This document shows, piece after piece, positions 48,094 to 58,663 of a DNA stretch of 64,000 bases; position 1 is the stretch's first letter; every line of letters starts with the position of its first letter. The DNA comes from Promethearchaeota archaeon (lineage in GTDB: Archaea > Asgardarchaeota > Thorarchaeia > Thorarchaeales > Thorarchaeaceae), in NCBI GenBank assembly GCA_048939765.1, contig JBHLPF010000002.1, positions 52,163 to 116,162 on the forward strand. Direction: 5' to 3'. The position numbers and the translations under genes were made by a program. The notes beneath the pieces were generated by a model. That model saw only the letters and a list, made by a program, of their open reading frames with translations, was not told the DNA's origin and searched no databases.

Positions 48094-48329
48094 TCACTTT
48101 CACTACCGTTTCTGACTATTCTTCGAAATCGAGCGGGCGTCCATATGGTTCCAAGATAAACCAGACTATTAATGCATAGAAAGCCCTATTCTGTACGAAT
48201 CAGAGCCTGTCTTTACATTCAAATGCCAATCCAAGATGATTTGTGAGGGGGTCTTCTCTCTATTGTAGAGGATTTTTATCGAGAAACTATCGACGTCTGA
48301 AACGAATTATTAGACTCTGGTGCTAATCT

Positions 48330-49133
48330 ATGCCTGAACTGCCTGAGCTTGAAGTGATCGCAAAGAGACTCAATGAGCGACTAATTGGCTCCAAGATTCA
48401 GAGTGTAAAAGTACATGACCACATTGTCATCCATAGTACAACTGCTGATGAATTTGAAGCCAGCTCGGTAGGCGAGTCGTTCCAATTCTTCAGACCCGAT
48501 GGTAAGTTCATCATAATGGAAATGGATGAACATGATTTGGTCGTAAATCCAATGTTAACAGGCAGGTTTAGGCTATTGGAAAAACACCGTACACCTACAA
48601 AGACGGATATGTTCTCCGTAAGGACTGACACTAGCACTCTATGGTACTATGACAGAAAGCGAATGGGCCGTGCCTACCTTGTGTTAAAAGGCGATTACGC
48701 AAATGTGGCCGGGTTTTCTGGAAGAGGACCTTCGGCATTGGACCCCGCTCTCACACTTGAAGTATTCAAAGATCGCCTCAGGCGACATAGAGGGCAGATC
48801 AAAAATGTCCTACGAAATCAGAGATTCGTGAAGGGCATAGGGAATGCCTACGCGGATGAGATATTGCTCTATGCAGGGATTCTTCCCTTCAGAAAGCGAT
48901 CAGCTTTGAGTGACGAGGAGGTCGCGAAACTATTCAAAGCCATAAGGGCAGTCCTAGCAAGAGTCCTCGAGATCATCTCTGGCAGAACCCTCAATGAACT
49001 AGGCACAGAGAGACGTGACTTCCTCATGATCCATAATCGAGGCGGGGGGATTTGCCCTCTCTGTGGAGGCCGAGTGTCCGAGGTCAAGGCCAATCGGTTC
49101 AAGACAAACTACTGTCAAACCTGTCAGACGTGA
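48330..49133 (+). CDS. Fpg/Nei-family DNA glycosylase
   Basis: MPELPE N-terminus, GIGNAYADEIL H2TH, CPLC...CQTCQ zinc finger. Confidence 0.93.
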   Translation: MPELPELEVIAKRLNERLIGSKIQSVKVHDHIVIHSTTADEFEASSVGESFQFFRPDGKFIIMEMDEHDLVVNPMLTGRFRLLEKHRTPTKTDMFSVRTDTSTLWYYDRKRMGRAYLVLKGDYANVAGFSGRGPSALDPALTLEVFKDRLRRHRGQIKNVLRNQRFVKGIGNAYADEILLYAGILPFRKRSALSDEEVAKLFKAIRAVLARVLEIISGRTLNELGTERRDFLMIHNRGGGICPLCGGRVSEVKANRFKTNYCQTCQT

Positions 49134-49195
49134 GACGGAATACTAATCTATCAGAAGCGCATTCCATCCTCTTGCCACCCGGAGACTGATATCAA

Positions 49196-50377
49196 ATGGA
49201 TAAGTGGGAAGAGAGCTTTCTGCGGGAGCTAGTGGAACTGGACACCAATAGTGACGAAAAGAAGAACTACTCAGGATGTGCCGATGTCGTCAAAAAGCAT
49301 TGTGAAGAGGCTGGCTTGGTGGTTGAAGTATTTGATTCCAATCATGAAGGGGTGCCTCAACCAAACATTGTTGCAACACTTGAAGCAGGTGCAAAGAAGA
49401 CTGCGCTTTTGTGCACGCACTATGATGTGGTCCCAGCAGGGGATATAGAGTCTTGGAAGAGACCTCCCTTCAAGTTTGCAATCGAGAAAGGGAAGGCATT
49501 TGGTCGTGGAGTATCTGACAACAAGGGGAACATTGTTGCATGCATCAGCGCTGCAAAAGAACTGATTAAGAAGGGGACATCGAAGATTAACTGGAAGATA
49601 CTCGTCTCTCCAAATGAAGAGATTGGAGGAGCATGGGGCATAGATTATCTGATCAATGACGAGCCGAAGATTAGGGGGGATTTTGGAATCGTTGTTGACT
49701 CAGGTCCAGAGTATGTCAGCATTGGTGCCAGTGGAATCGTTTCAGGAACCATTACTGTTCGTGGTAGTCAGGGCCACGCTGGCTATCCATTTGCATATGC
49801 CAATGCAATTCATCTTTCTATCCCATTGCTTAATGTAATGCTGGACTATGTTGATATAAGACGAAAAGTCGAATCGCAGCTTCCCGCACCTCCAGGCTCA
49901 CCTCATCAGAATCTCTGGGGAAGGTTCTCGATGACGATGTATGAATCGGGCAGCAAGTCAAATGTGATACCTGGAAAGGCTGAGATAACATTCGATTGTA
50001 GACTGGTCCCCGAAGAGGACCCTGAGGAGGTCAGGAAGAGCATTGAAGAGTTTCTAGAGAAGGCAAAGGAGGAAACCGGAGTGGAGGCCAGTATTGAGTT
50101 CAAGATGAGTGTTCATGGATGGAGTTCAGATCCCGAGAATGAATTCATCCAAAGGTTCCATAAAGCCATTAAGGAGGCAGTTGACCCTGAGATTCCGATT
50201 GCGGCCGACCTAGGTGGCAATGACGGTCATTTCTTCACGGAGGTCGGTATTCCAACCGCTTGCTTCGGGACGCTACGAGACGACAATAACTACCATGGAG
50301 TTGATGAGTTCATGCATCTCTCTGACTATGAGAGTGTGAAGGACGCACTCATCGCTTTTGCTGAGAAAGGTGATTAG
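49196..50377 (+). CDS. M20-family metallopeptidase (ArgE/DapE-like)
   Basis: HYDVVP, GRGVSDNKG, EEIGG, QGHAGYP, NVIPG, HGVDE. Confidence 0.92.
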   Translation: MDKWEESFLRELVELDTNSDEKKNYSGCADVVKKHCEEAGLVVEVFDSNHEGVPQPNIVATLEAGAKKTALLCTHYDVVPAGDIESWKRPPFKFAIEKGKAFGRGVSDNKGNIVACISAAKELIKKGTSKINWKILVSPNEEIGGAWGIDYLINDEPKIRGDFGIVVDSGPEYVSIGASGIVSGTITVRGSQGHAGYPFAYANAIHLSIPLLNVMLDYVDIRRKVESQLPAPPGSPHQNLWGRFSMTMYESGSKSNVIPGKAEITFDCRLVPEEDPEEVRKSIEEFLEKAKEETGVEASIEFKMSVHGWSSDPENEFIQRFHKAIKEAVDPEIPIAADLGGNDGHFFTEVGIPTACFGTLRDDNNYHGVDEFMHLSDYESVKDALIAFAEKGD

Positions 50378-51499
50378 ATGACAGACATTCACGACTTGGA
50401 GATTGGGGCGCCAGGGCCATTCCTCCCGCCCTATGAGAATGTGGTAAGAAATGCCAAGACAATAGACTCGTTGGGATACGACAGCATGGCTTTTCCCGAC
50501 CATTTTGCAGGATTCGTTCCTGATAGCATTTGGACTGGTGACATAACTCCTCTCTCGTTCTTCCAGGGGTCCCCCCACACATATTTTGAAATATCAGCTA
50601 TCATGGCCGCCTGTGCTGCAGCCACTGAGAATGTGAGATTAGTGTCTTCGGTCACTGAACCCATTCGAAGACACCCTATACTTCTGGCGCAGATGTTCCT
50701 CACGTTGGATCACATTAGCAGTGGTAGAGTTGTCATGGGCATCGGTGCTGGCGAGATTGAGAATATCGAGCCATATGGACTTCGATACTCGGGTCAGGTT
50801 GGGAAGCTCAGAGAAGCACTACAAATCATTCGTAAGGTATGGGAAACCTCAGAACCATTCGATTTTGATGGCAAGTTCTGGAAAATGAAGGATGCAGTGA
50901 TGTCACTCCGCCCAGTTAATCCTGAACGTCCTCCTCCTATCTGGATTGCGGCACACGGGCCAAGGACGCTCAAGATTACAGCTGAGTTCGGGGACGGATG
51001 GATACCTACACTTCTACCCCCGAAACGTTATGGAGAGATGCTGAAAGAAATAAGGAGTCATCGAAATAAGCTCGATAAGACTGGACCCTTCACAGCGGCA
51101 CTCTGGAACTGGTGCATTTTGGATGAGGAGCCTTCAGTTTGTCAGAAGTTGAAACAGCACCCAATTGCAAAGGCATTTGCTCTGCTTTGGCCTTCAGAAG
51201 AGTGGAAGCGATTGGGCTTTGAGCATCCTTTTGGCGATTTCAATGCAGCAACAGACTACGTCCCAATGCGGTACACAAGAGAACAGACACTCCAAGCTAT
51301 TGAGCAAATTCCAGACGAAATCCTTGATGAATTCTATATCTCAGGTGATGCAGAAACAATAATCAAGATGCTTGAGGAGTATGCACGCGCTGGATTGAAT
51401 CACATAATACTTTGGAACGTCACAGGTATGTTTGATCTAGAGCGAGTCAAGAGTTCCTACAATGTATTGAAGGAGATATTGGCATATGTCAAGGGATAG
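50378..51499 (+). CDS. LLM-class flavin/F420-dependent oxidoreductase
   Basis: FPDH, VTEPIRRHP, TLDHISSGR..GIGAGE, PPIWIAAHGP, GDGW. Confidence 0.9.
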   Translation: MTDIHDLEIGAPGPFLPPYENVVRNAKTIDSLGYDSMAFPDHFAGFVPDSIWTGDITPLSFFQGSPHTYFEISAIMAACAAATENVRLVSSVTEPIRRHPILLAQMFLTLDHISSGRVVMGIGAGEIENIEPYGLRYSGQVGKLREALQIIRKVWETSEPFDFDGKFWKMKDAVMSLRPVNPERPPPIWIAAHGPRTLKITAEFGDGWIPTLLPPKRYGEMLKEIRSHRNKLDKTGPFTAALWNWCILDEEPSVCQKLKQHPIAKAFALLWPSEEWKRLGFEHPFGDFNAATDYVPMRYTREQTLQAIEQIPDEILDEFYISGDAETIIKMLEEYARAGLNHIILWNVTGMFDLERVKSSYNVLKEILAYVKG

Positions 51500-52049
51500 T
51501 ATAGTTCTAGTAACGCAGAATGAACACAAGATACGTGAACTCACTCCCCTTTTCGAGGAGTACAATGTTCCCTTTGAAACAACTGACTTGGCGAAATATG
51601 AGATTCGTTCAAACAGCGTTGGAAATGTTGCAATGGATGCAGCCAAGTTTGCATATTCCAAACTCAAGCGACCCGTTGTTGTAGATGACACAGGTCTCTA
51701 TATTGAAGCACTCAATGGATTTCCAGGTCCTACTGCAGCGTATGTATTGGAGTCAATCGGCATTGAGGGAGTTCTGAAGCTGATGGAAGGAGTTGAGGAT
51801 CGAGACGCGAGCTTTGACACAGCCGTCGGTTTTGCAAATGGTTGGGTCTTCAGATACTTCATCGGCTCTGTCTATGGAGATATCACGACTGCTCCTGCTG
51901 GCGACAAAGGGTTTGGCTACGATCCAATATTCATCCCTGAAGGCGAAACCAAGACCTATGCTCAGCTATCCATGGATGAGAAGATCAGGATATCTCACCG
52001 AACTGAGGCCTTTCGAAAGTTCCTTGAATGGTACGTTGAGAAGTATTAG
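51486..52049 (+). CDS. rdgB: Non-canonical purine NTP pyrophosphatase (RdgB/HAM1)
   Basis: TQNEHKIRE, DDTGL..ALNGFPG, GFGYDPIF, SHR. Confidence 0.95.
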   Translation: MSRDSIVLVTQNEHKIRELTPLFEEYNVPFETTDLAKYEIRSNSVGNVAMDAAKFAYSKLKRPVVVDDTGLYIEALNGFPGPTAAYVLESIGIEGVLKLMEGVEDRDASFDTAVGFANGWVFRYFIGSVYGDITTAPAGDKGFGYDPIFIPEGETKTYAQLSMDEKIRISHRTEAFRKFLEWYVEKY

Positions 52050-52093
52050 CGGGTCGGAATCACTTAATAGGCTACATTATTTTACCACTCACA

Positions 52094-52861
52094 GTGGTGA
52101 TAGTGTCGGTCAGTGACGCAACTCTAAAGGCGTTGAAGGAACTGGGCCTCACAGAGTACGAAACCAATGCCTATCTGTCTATGATTTCGGGTGGGCCGCA
52201 GATGGCTGCATCTGATATCAGTTCCAAGTCTCAGGTGCCATATTCAAGAATATATGATGTGCTTGGGCGACTTGAGGAGAAGGGCTTTATAACTATCAGC
52301 AAAGGGCGTCCCACCCTCTATACAGCAAAGTCCCCGACCGAGATTGTTCAACTTGTGCGACTAGATATGGAACAGAGAATAGAACTGGCGAGCAAGCAGG
52401 TTGTGGATGAACTCCAACCCCTCTTTGAACAGGAAACAACTGCAACCACCAGAGATGTGTGGTTACTGCATGGACGGGCGTCGATTCTCGCCAAGGCATT
52501 AGAGATGCTGGATTCTTCCCGCGATTCAGTCTTGTTGTCAGTTCCAACCCTCGCCCTGGAATCTGAGTATATTTCGCCTGTAATTGACAAGGTGCTCTCT
52601 GTGAAAGCAAATATAGTGAGAGTCCTCACGTCTGGGATCGAGTCGTCTCTCAAGTCAATTATCCCTACTGGCTTTGAGGTCCGAACACGTGACAGAGTGT
52701 TTGGAGCTGGACTAGTCATCGACAACAGGCAGACACTGATTATGCTAGCGGCAAGTGACACTGAGGGAGAGTTCTTGGGAATCTATTCCTCAGCCCCTGT
52801 ATTCGCAGCGATGGCATCAGCCTACTTTGAATCCTTATGGAGTGATTCTCAGCCTATCTGA
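52094..52861 (+). CDS. TrmB-family transcriptional regulator
   Basis: LGLTEYE, SQVPYSRIYDVL..LEEKG, GRP. Confidence 0.92.
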   Translation: MVIVSVSDATLKALKELGLTEYETNAYLSMISGGPQMAASDISSKSQVPYSRIYDVLGRLEEKGFITISKGRPTLYTAKSPTEIVQLVRLDMEQRIELASKQVVDELQPLFEQETTATTRDVWLLHGRASILAKALEMLDSSRDSVLLSVPTLALESEYISPVIDKVLSVKANIVRVLTSGIESSLKSIIPTGFEVRTRDRVFGAGLVIDNRQTLIMLAASDTEGEFLGIYSSAPVFAAMASAYFESLWSDSQPI

Positions 52862-52965
52862 CCTCTCTGTGGACCTTTTTATTGGTCTATCAGAACGCAG
52901 TTCTGAGTATATTACAAACTGCTTTGGAGGTCATCCGAGTGCAGATTTCAGCGGAAGTCAAGACA

Positions 52966-54294
52966 ATGAATTTCTCTCACGATGCTATGGCCCTTCTCAG
53001 AATAGTATGTGAATTGGAGGAGAAGAAAGAGCCAGACTTGTTTCAGCACGGACCAGAGATCGATCGGCTAATCCAAATTGCTGAGAGTCATCGTGGGAGT
53101 CTGTGTATGGCTCTGAAGGCCAGACTCAATGAAGTGGAGGAGCTTGGTGGTGTGGAATCTATTACACAGAAAGATGTGTGGACACTGATTGAGGAAATCT
53201 GGCATCGCAATGTGTCAATTCTTAGTTCCACAGAGCAATCAGTCATTACAGAGAGTCTCTTTGAACCAGGAATAGGAATCAGAGAACTTGCTGTAAGAGC
53301 TGAATTGAGTTACTCACAAGCCAGACGCGCGGTCCAGCGTCTTCGAAGAGCCGAGGTTCTTCGAATCGAGGGCGCCCTTAATGCGTCCAAGTTAGGACTA
53401 GAACGTGTATTGGTGATTCTTGAAGCTCCAGAATTGGTCCTGTCTTCTCCATATATCACCAAGGCCCTCTTCGTCGATGGGTCTGAGCCACTCGTCCTAC
53501 TGGTGGCCACTCTCCCCAGTGAGAGGATAGCCGACCTTCTGGACATGATACGGTCGTTGAGAAGCACATCATCACGAGCTTCAGTTTGGAGGCTCTCTGC
53601 TGGTCAGTCGAGATTCAATGGGAAGTATTGCAAACCACGGGTCGGTTGGGAATTTGACAAGTTCCATTGGTCTACCCAGATAAGAAAGAGTGACAGTGAA
53701 ATTATTGTCAGCGACTCATCTCCCACTGAAGAGCGAATCCGCTTCACACCTGCGGACCTCAAGACCATCGACGAACTGGTCGTCAATTTTGATGCAACAG
53801 CAAATGAGATAGTTAATGCTACGGGTTTGTCCGACAGCACTGCCTTTCGGAAGAGGGCCTCGCTACTGGAGGAAAGAGTTGTCGTTCCTAGGACTCGGGT
53901 AAGAGTACCCCACCTAAAGGATAGGGTCCTTGTTCTATCAAATCCTGAATGTGCTGGCAATGTTCTAACTGCTTGGAGGCTTCTTCCGGTAACTTATCTT
54001 ACAAGACTCGTAAATCTGGAAACCACTGAGAAGAGAGTTCTCCAGATGGCTGCATTGCCTCCTGGAACCTCTGAAGGGCTCATTGAAGCTCTGGGGAACT
54101 GGATGTCTCGTGTAGATGATTATTCAGCACACATAATCTCAGCGGGAACGGAGGAGGTATTCAAGGCGGATGCGATGTTCAATCGCCGTGAAAGGACATG
54201 GAAGTGGAATCAAGGGGACTTCTTTGATGTACGTTCATTCCGTCGTACACGTCGAGAGGCTGAAAGGGGAACAATTCCTGTCGATCTAGCATAG
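52966..54294 (+). CDS. Putative regulator with two HTH modules
   Basis: PGIGIRELAVRAELSYSQARRAVQRL...LNASKLGL and DATANEIVNATGLSDSTAFRKR, both Lrp/AsnC-like HTHs. Confidence 0.7.
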   Translation: MNFSHDAMALLRIVCELEEKKEPDLFQHGPEIDRLIQIAESHRGSLCMALKARLNEVEELGGVESITQKDVWTLIEEIWHRNVSILSSTEQSVITESLFEPGIGIRELAVRAELSYSQARRAVQRLRRAEVLRIEGALNASKLGLERVLVILEAPELVLSSPYITKALFVDGSEPLVLLVATLPSERIADLLDMIRSLRSTSSRASVWRLSAGQSRFNGKYCKPRVGWEFDKFHWSTQIRKSDSEIIVSDSSPTEERIRFTPADLKTIDELVVNFDATANEIVNATGLSDSTAFRKRASLLEERVVVPRTRVRVPHLKDRVLVLSNPECAGNVLTAWRLLPVTYLTRLVNLETTEKRVLQMAALPPGTSEGLIEALGNWMSRVDDYSAHIISAGTEEVFKADAMFNRRERTWKWNQGDFFDVRSFRRTRREAERGTIPVDLA

Positions 54295-54356
54295 ATGCCG
54301 CCATAGTCACAACTCATATCTTGGTTCGTTATTGACCTGATTCGTGCGGTGGCAAA

Positions 54357-55304
54357 TTGATTGATATTGTCTTCTTGGGCACTGGCGGGTCAATCCCAAC
54401 AACTGGAAGAAATCATCCCGCGATTGTTGTTCGTCATAGCGGATGGAATCTGATGTTGGATTGTGGAGAGGATGCTCAGCGGCAGTTTGAGCTCGCTAGT
54501 CTCGGCCAAAACAAGAAGATGGCAATACTCATAACCCATATGCATGGAGACCATGTGCTAGGCTTGGGGGGCTTGCTTCTGAGATTCTCTCTTCTAGGTA
54601 GAGTCAAACCTCTTGAGATCTATGGACCACCTGAGCTAATCCCCTATGTCAAAATGAACCAAGCCACAATAAATCTTGGCACCACATTCAAGACAACAGT
54701 CTACGGCATCAGTAGTGGAATCCTATTTGATGCTGATAATCTACAAGTCCGGGCATTTGAAGTGGACCATCGCGGTCTAGCATTTGGTTATGAGCTGACA
54801 TATCAACGGCCCACTGGAGAGTTCAAACCCAAGATGGCTAAAAAGATGGGTGTGCCAAAAGGCCCACTTTGGGGACAACTGGCAGATGGCAAGTCAATCA
54901 CGCTTTCCAATGGGACAGAGATAAAGCCTGAGGACGTCACTGCCCCCAAGCCAAAGCCATTGAAGATAGTGTATTCTGGAGACACCCGAGCTTGTGACAC
55001 TCTGCGTGATTCAGCAAAGGGTGCAAACATCTTGATCTCAGAGGCCATGTATACTTCTGAGCATGCTGAACTAGCAGAGGAACGAGGTCACATGACTGCA
55101 GCTTCAGCGGCTGAGGTTGCTAAATCTTCGGGAGTTGGCCTACTGGCCCTCACACATTATAGTCCCCGATATGATAATGGCGAGCAGATATTGGAAGAGG
55201 CCCGGTCCATCTTTCCCAATACAATACTTGCTAGCGATATGATGCGAATCGCGCTGAATGCCAATGGGGCAACCACAATATCTGATCCTCGAGATTCTGG
55301 CTAA
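54357..55304 (+). CDS. rnz: Ribonuclease Z
   Basis: FLGTGG, DCGE, THMHGDH, GVPKGP exosite, SGDT, THYSPRY. Confidence 0.96.
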   Translation: MIDIVFLGTGGSIPTTGRNHPAIVVRHSGWNLMLDCGEDAQRQFELASLGQNKKMAILITHMHGDHVLGLGGLLLRFSLLGRVKPLEIYGPPELIPYVKMNQATINLGTTFKTTVYGISSGILFDADNLQVRAFEVDHRGLAFGYELTYQRPTGEFKPKMAKKMGVPKGPLWGQLADGKSITLSNGTEIKPEDVTAPKPKPLKIVYSGDTRACDTLRDSAKGANILISEAMYTSEHAELAEERGHMTAASAAEVAKSSGVGLLALTHYSPRYDNGEQILEEARSIFPNTILASDMMRIALNANGATTISDPRDSG

Positions 55305-56506
55305 AACCTCAATTTGATTGCCTTGATTGGATGCCTTGTGACCATTCTCTTCACAATGTCCTTTCGAATGTCGACGAATGGTCTTACTCCTGCCATAAAA
55401 TCGATGAGATATTCACGCATTCTAGTATCCTCGTCAATAATCTGGAGAATTGAGTCTATATTCTCGATCGATTTGTATAGGATATTTGCCAAATATCCGG
55501 CTTCAGAGAGCTCACGCAGGATGCCCCTTCTTACAATCTTTCCGTATTCCATCACATGAGATGGTTTCTTCATTTCTTCAGCCTCACAAGCAACTCTGGC
55601 AGCTATCATACCAGATTCCATAGCATATAGTATTCCTTCTCCTGATAGTGGTGAGACCAGTCCAGCAGCATCTCCTACGAGCATCGTTCTTCTGGCAACA
55701 AGTGGGGCCTTTGGTGCTCCAAGTGGAACTCTGAATGCGCTTTGCCGTGATAAATCAAATTTCAATCCTTTCGCTTCTTCCACCCTTTTCACAAAGGACT
55801 TCCAGTGGGTCTTGAGCGCCGCCGCCATGTCCATTCTGGTTCCAATTCCCACACTCAACTCATCTTTCTTTGGGAAACACCATCCGTAGCCCCATTGGAT
55901 TATTCCGAAATGGATATCGACTCCTATCGATTTCTCAGAGTCAGAAAGGGACATACAACGCTTGATTTCATCTTCTTCTACAGGAACGTCCGCAGAAATG
56001 CAGAGTCCGACTTTGTCCGATTCCCACCTATCACGCAAGCCTACTTGCTTAGCTACAACTCCATTTACACCATCTGCACCAACTAACAAATGTGCCTTGT
56101 AAGAGTCACCAACTGTTAACACTCGTATTCCTGACCGTGTCTGTTCAACGCCAACAGCTTCTGTGTCCTGAACCACCTCTACCCCGGCATCGATGGCCCT
56201 CTCCATAAGGTATTTGTCAAACTTAGGTCGCTTCACAAGATATCCTGAGAATCGCTCATCAAAGGAGAAGTCAAGGTGTGTCCCTCTTCTAGAATACAGT
56301 CGTCCTCCAGAAAAGCGCAGTTCTGTAGCAGGTTCAATATCAAAGTCTACTAAGTCTGCGACTCTATGTGTGAGAACCCCCGCACAGAGCTTAGCTCGCG
56401 GATGAACTTCTTTCTCAATCAGGAGTACATCTAGACCGCCCAGTGCGGCAGCTCTAGCACATGATGCTCCAGCTGGACCTCCTCCAACAATCACGAGATC
56501 ATGCAT
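55301..56506 (-). CDS. Geranylgeranyl reductase-family FAD oxidoreductase
   Basis: VGGGPAG, KLCAG, GADG, YGWCFPK, GDAAGLVSPLSGEGI. Confidence 0.9.
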   Translation of the reverse strand: MHDLVIVGGGPAGASCARAAALGGLDVLLIEKEVHPRAKLCAGVLTHRVADLVDFDIEPATELRFSGGRLYSRRGTHLDFSFDERFSGYLVKRPKFDKYLMERAIDAGVEVVQDTEAVGVEQTRSGIRVLTVGDSYKAHLLVGADGVNGVVAKQVGLRDRWESDKVGLCISADVPVEEDEIKRCMSLSDSEKSIGVDIHFGIIQWGYGWCFPKKDELSVGIGTRMDMAAALKTHWKSFVKRVEEAKGLKFDLSRQSAFRVPLGAPKAPLVARRTMLVGDAAGLVSPLSGEGILYAMESGMIAARVACEAEEMKKPSHVMEYGKIVRRGILRELSEAGYLANILYKSIENIDSILQIIDEDTRMREYLIDFMAGVRPFVDIRKDIVKRMVTRHPIKAIKLRF

Positions 56507-56556
56507 AGAAAATCACCAAGCGGTACCCAAGAGAAGTATCACAACAGCAATAAATC

Positions 56557-57636
56557 ATGCCAATAAGCCAATGCTCGGTGAATATCTTGCCAGAGAGCGG
56601 TAATGCCAAGGTATGTCTAATAACCACTGGGGGTACAATCTCAAGCGTATATGACCCACTGACTCAGGCACTGAGACCGGGGCTCTCTGTTCCTGCACTG
56701 CTTGAGAGTCTGCCTAAAGGCATGGGCAATGTCGAGGTTGTTCAAAGGGAGCTCTTTCAGCTTGATTCAGCTAACGCACAACCTCATCATTGGCAGGAGC
56801 TGGCTTCTGCTATCATGGACATACATGAGGAGATACCAGATCTTCAAGGCATCGTTGTGTCTCATGGTACTGACACAATGGCTTACTCTGCAGCTGCTGT
56901 CAGTTTCATGGTCAGAGACTTCGGGAAGCCAATCGTCTTCACCGGAGCGCAGATACCTGCTACCATTCCATGGAGTGATGGCCCACGCAACCTCATAGAT
57001 GCAATCAGGGTTGCCGCGTTTGGGGACATCGGTGAGACATGTATTGTCTTCAACGGTGAGATTCACAGAGGAACGCGAATCAAGAAGCTACGAGTCAACT
57101 CATATGATGCCTTTGATTCAATGGATCCCACGCCTCTTGGAGTGCTTGCGCGCGATATTGTCCTTTATGAGGGAAGAAAGAAGCGCAGTAATCTGGTTCC
57201 TAAGTTTGATACACGAATCAGCGACAGAGTCTGGCTTCTAAAGGTGTTTCCAGGACTCCAACCGGAGATTCTTCCCAAGATAACCGAAATGGGATACCAA
57301 GGTATTGTGATCGAAGGTTTTGGAGCAGGAAACATCCCCTCCGAAGAGAATGCAATTGCCGGGGCAATTACAAAGGCTGTGACTGAGGGCTGCTTTGTCG
57401 TCATCAGTTCACAGTGCGCGTTTGGTCAGGCAGACCTTTCCATGTATGAAGTCGGAAGAGTGGCTGCGGAGGCTGGCGCGATGAGTGCATATGACATGAC
57501 CTCGGAGGCGGCAGTAGTCAAATTGGCATGGATTCTTGGTAGAACTAGTAATCCTGATCAAGTGCGAGAAATGATGACAACCGACTATGTTGGAGAAATC
57601 ACTTTTTTGGGGCAGAGCGGCTACAAGGGGTCATGA
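56557..57636 (+). CDS. L-asparaginase type I
   Basis: TTGGTI, DS, HGTDTMAY, TGAQ, FGAGN, SQC, DMTSEAA. Confidence 0.92.
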   Translation: MPISQCSVNILPESGNAKVCLITTGGTISSVYDPLTQALRPGLSVPALLESLPKGMGNVEVVQRELFQLDSANAQPHHWQELASAIMDIHEEIPDLQGIVVSHGTDTMAYSAAAVSFMVRDFGKPIVFTGAQIPATIPWSDGPRNLIDAIRVAAFGDIGETCIVFNGEIHRGTRIKKLRVNSYDAFDSMDPTPLGVLARDIVLYEGRKKRSNLVPKFDTRISDRVWLLKVFPGLQPEILPKITEMGYQGIVIEGFGAGNIPSEENAIAGAITKAVTEGCFVVISSQCAFGQADLSMYEVGRVAAEAGAMSAYDMTSEAAVVKLAWILGRTSNPDQVREMMTTDYVGEITFLGQSGYKGS

Positions 57637-58412
57637 ATGTGAGGAATATGGAAATGGAGAACGCCATTCGAACCTTCGTGGAAGACTATCTTGAGAGCAT
57701 CTCCTGCAAAGGGGTAGTTGGATTCGCAGTGTTCAAGGATGTCTATGACGAGCTTATGCCTATTCAGAAGGAGAAGCTTGAGGACATAGCAGCAGACAGG
57801 TTTGATGAGCTGATGGAATCTGGATCAGTAGTTTCTTTCGGAATAGCCTATCAGGATGCCGCAATTGACGCCATAAACAAAGCAACCGATGGTGGAACTG
57901 ACTATGAGCTCTGGGACTTCTACAGCAGAGAGTATGCGCGACTGAATCGACTACTGGACCAAACCTCACACGCAGTTGCGGATCGATTCGATGGCATTCC
58001 GGTTACTGCAACTCTTCAGGGGCTCACTGACAAGGTCAAGCACGTCACTGACTACTACGGTCTCACAATTTCCCATCGTGTAGTGGCTGAGATGGCAGGC
58101 TTGGGATGGAGAGGGAAGAATGGTCTGCTCATAAATGAGAAGTTTAGTTGCGCTATTCGATTCGCCTCAGTGCTGACCACCTATCCTCTAACAGCTCCAG
58201 GAAAAATGGATTCGCAATGTGGCATGTGCCATGCGTGTGAAGATGTCTGCACATTCATCAAGAACCGCAAAAAATTGCCCGACTATAGAGAGAACTGTCG
58301 AAAGTATATCGTGCATCTCCAATCTGAAGGCCTTACACATGATGTGTGCGGCAAGTGTATCAAAGCTTGTTATCAGCAAAGCATCTTCCGCGAACAATTC
58401 AAACTAGAATGA
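57633..58412 (+). CDS. Epoxyqueuosine reductase-like Fe-S protein
   Basis: SHRVVAEMAGLGWRGKNGLL, RFASVLT, CGMCHACEDVC, CGKCIKAC. Confidence 0.75.
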   Translation: MNVRNMEMENAIRTFVEDYLESISCKGVVGFAVFKDVYDELMPIQKEKLEDIAADRFDELMESGSVVSFGIAYQDAAIDAINKATDGGTDYELWDFYSREYARLNRLLDQTSHAVADRFDGIPVTATLQGLTDKVKHVTDYYGLTISHRVVAEMAGLGWRGKNGLLINEKFSCAIRFASVLTTYPLTAPGKMDSQCGMCHACEDVCTFIKNRKKLPDYRENCRKYIVHLQSEGLTHDVCGKCIKACYQQSIFREQFKLE

Positions 58413-58419
58413 ATATAGA

Positions 58420-58528
58420 TGGCGCCCGGAATGAGATTCGAACTCATGCCTCCCAAAGGGAGAGCAGCTGCCTGGTGAATCACTGATTCAGCTCCAGGCT
58501 GCCGCCGTCGCCGCTTGGCTATCCGGGC
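58420..58528 (-). tRNA. tRNA-Ser(GGA) with 22-nt intron at 37/38 and encoded CCA
   Basis: Acceptor stem GCCCGGA/TCCGGGC, G73, CCA; anticodon stem GCAGC/GCTGC; long variable arm CTCCC-TTT-GGGAG; TTCGAAT T-loop; intron 58470-58491 forms a BHB. Confidence 0.95.
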
Positions 58529-58663
58529 TTGTCGTCAAGCATTGCCGTCGTGCTTTTCACCTTTTCCCTCGTTTCCATTTTCGAGGATATCTATATACGA
58601 AATATATCCTGACAAATTGAATGGACTATTTCAATTTCTGATTCATATTCCCTTTCCATCAAA

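Noticed and set aside
58420-58528. tRNA as an integration site for a mobile element
   Set aside because: No duplicate of the tRNA 3' end and no integrase were noticed in the window.
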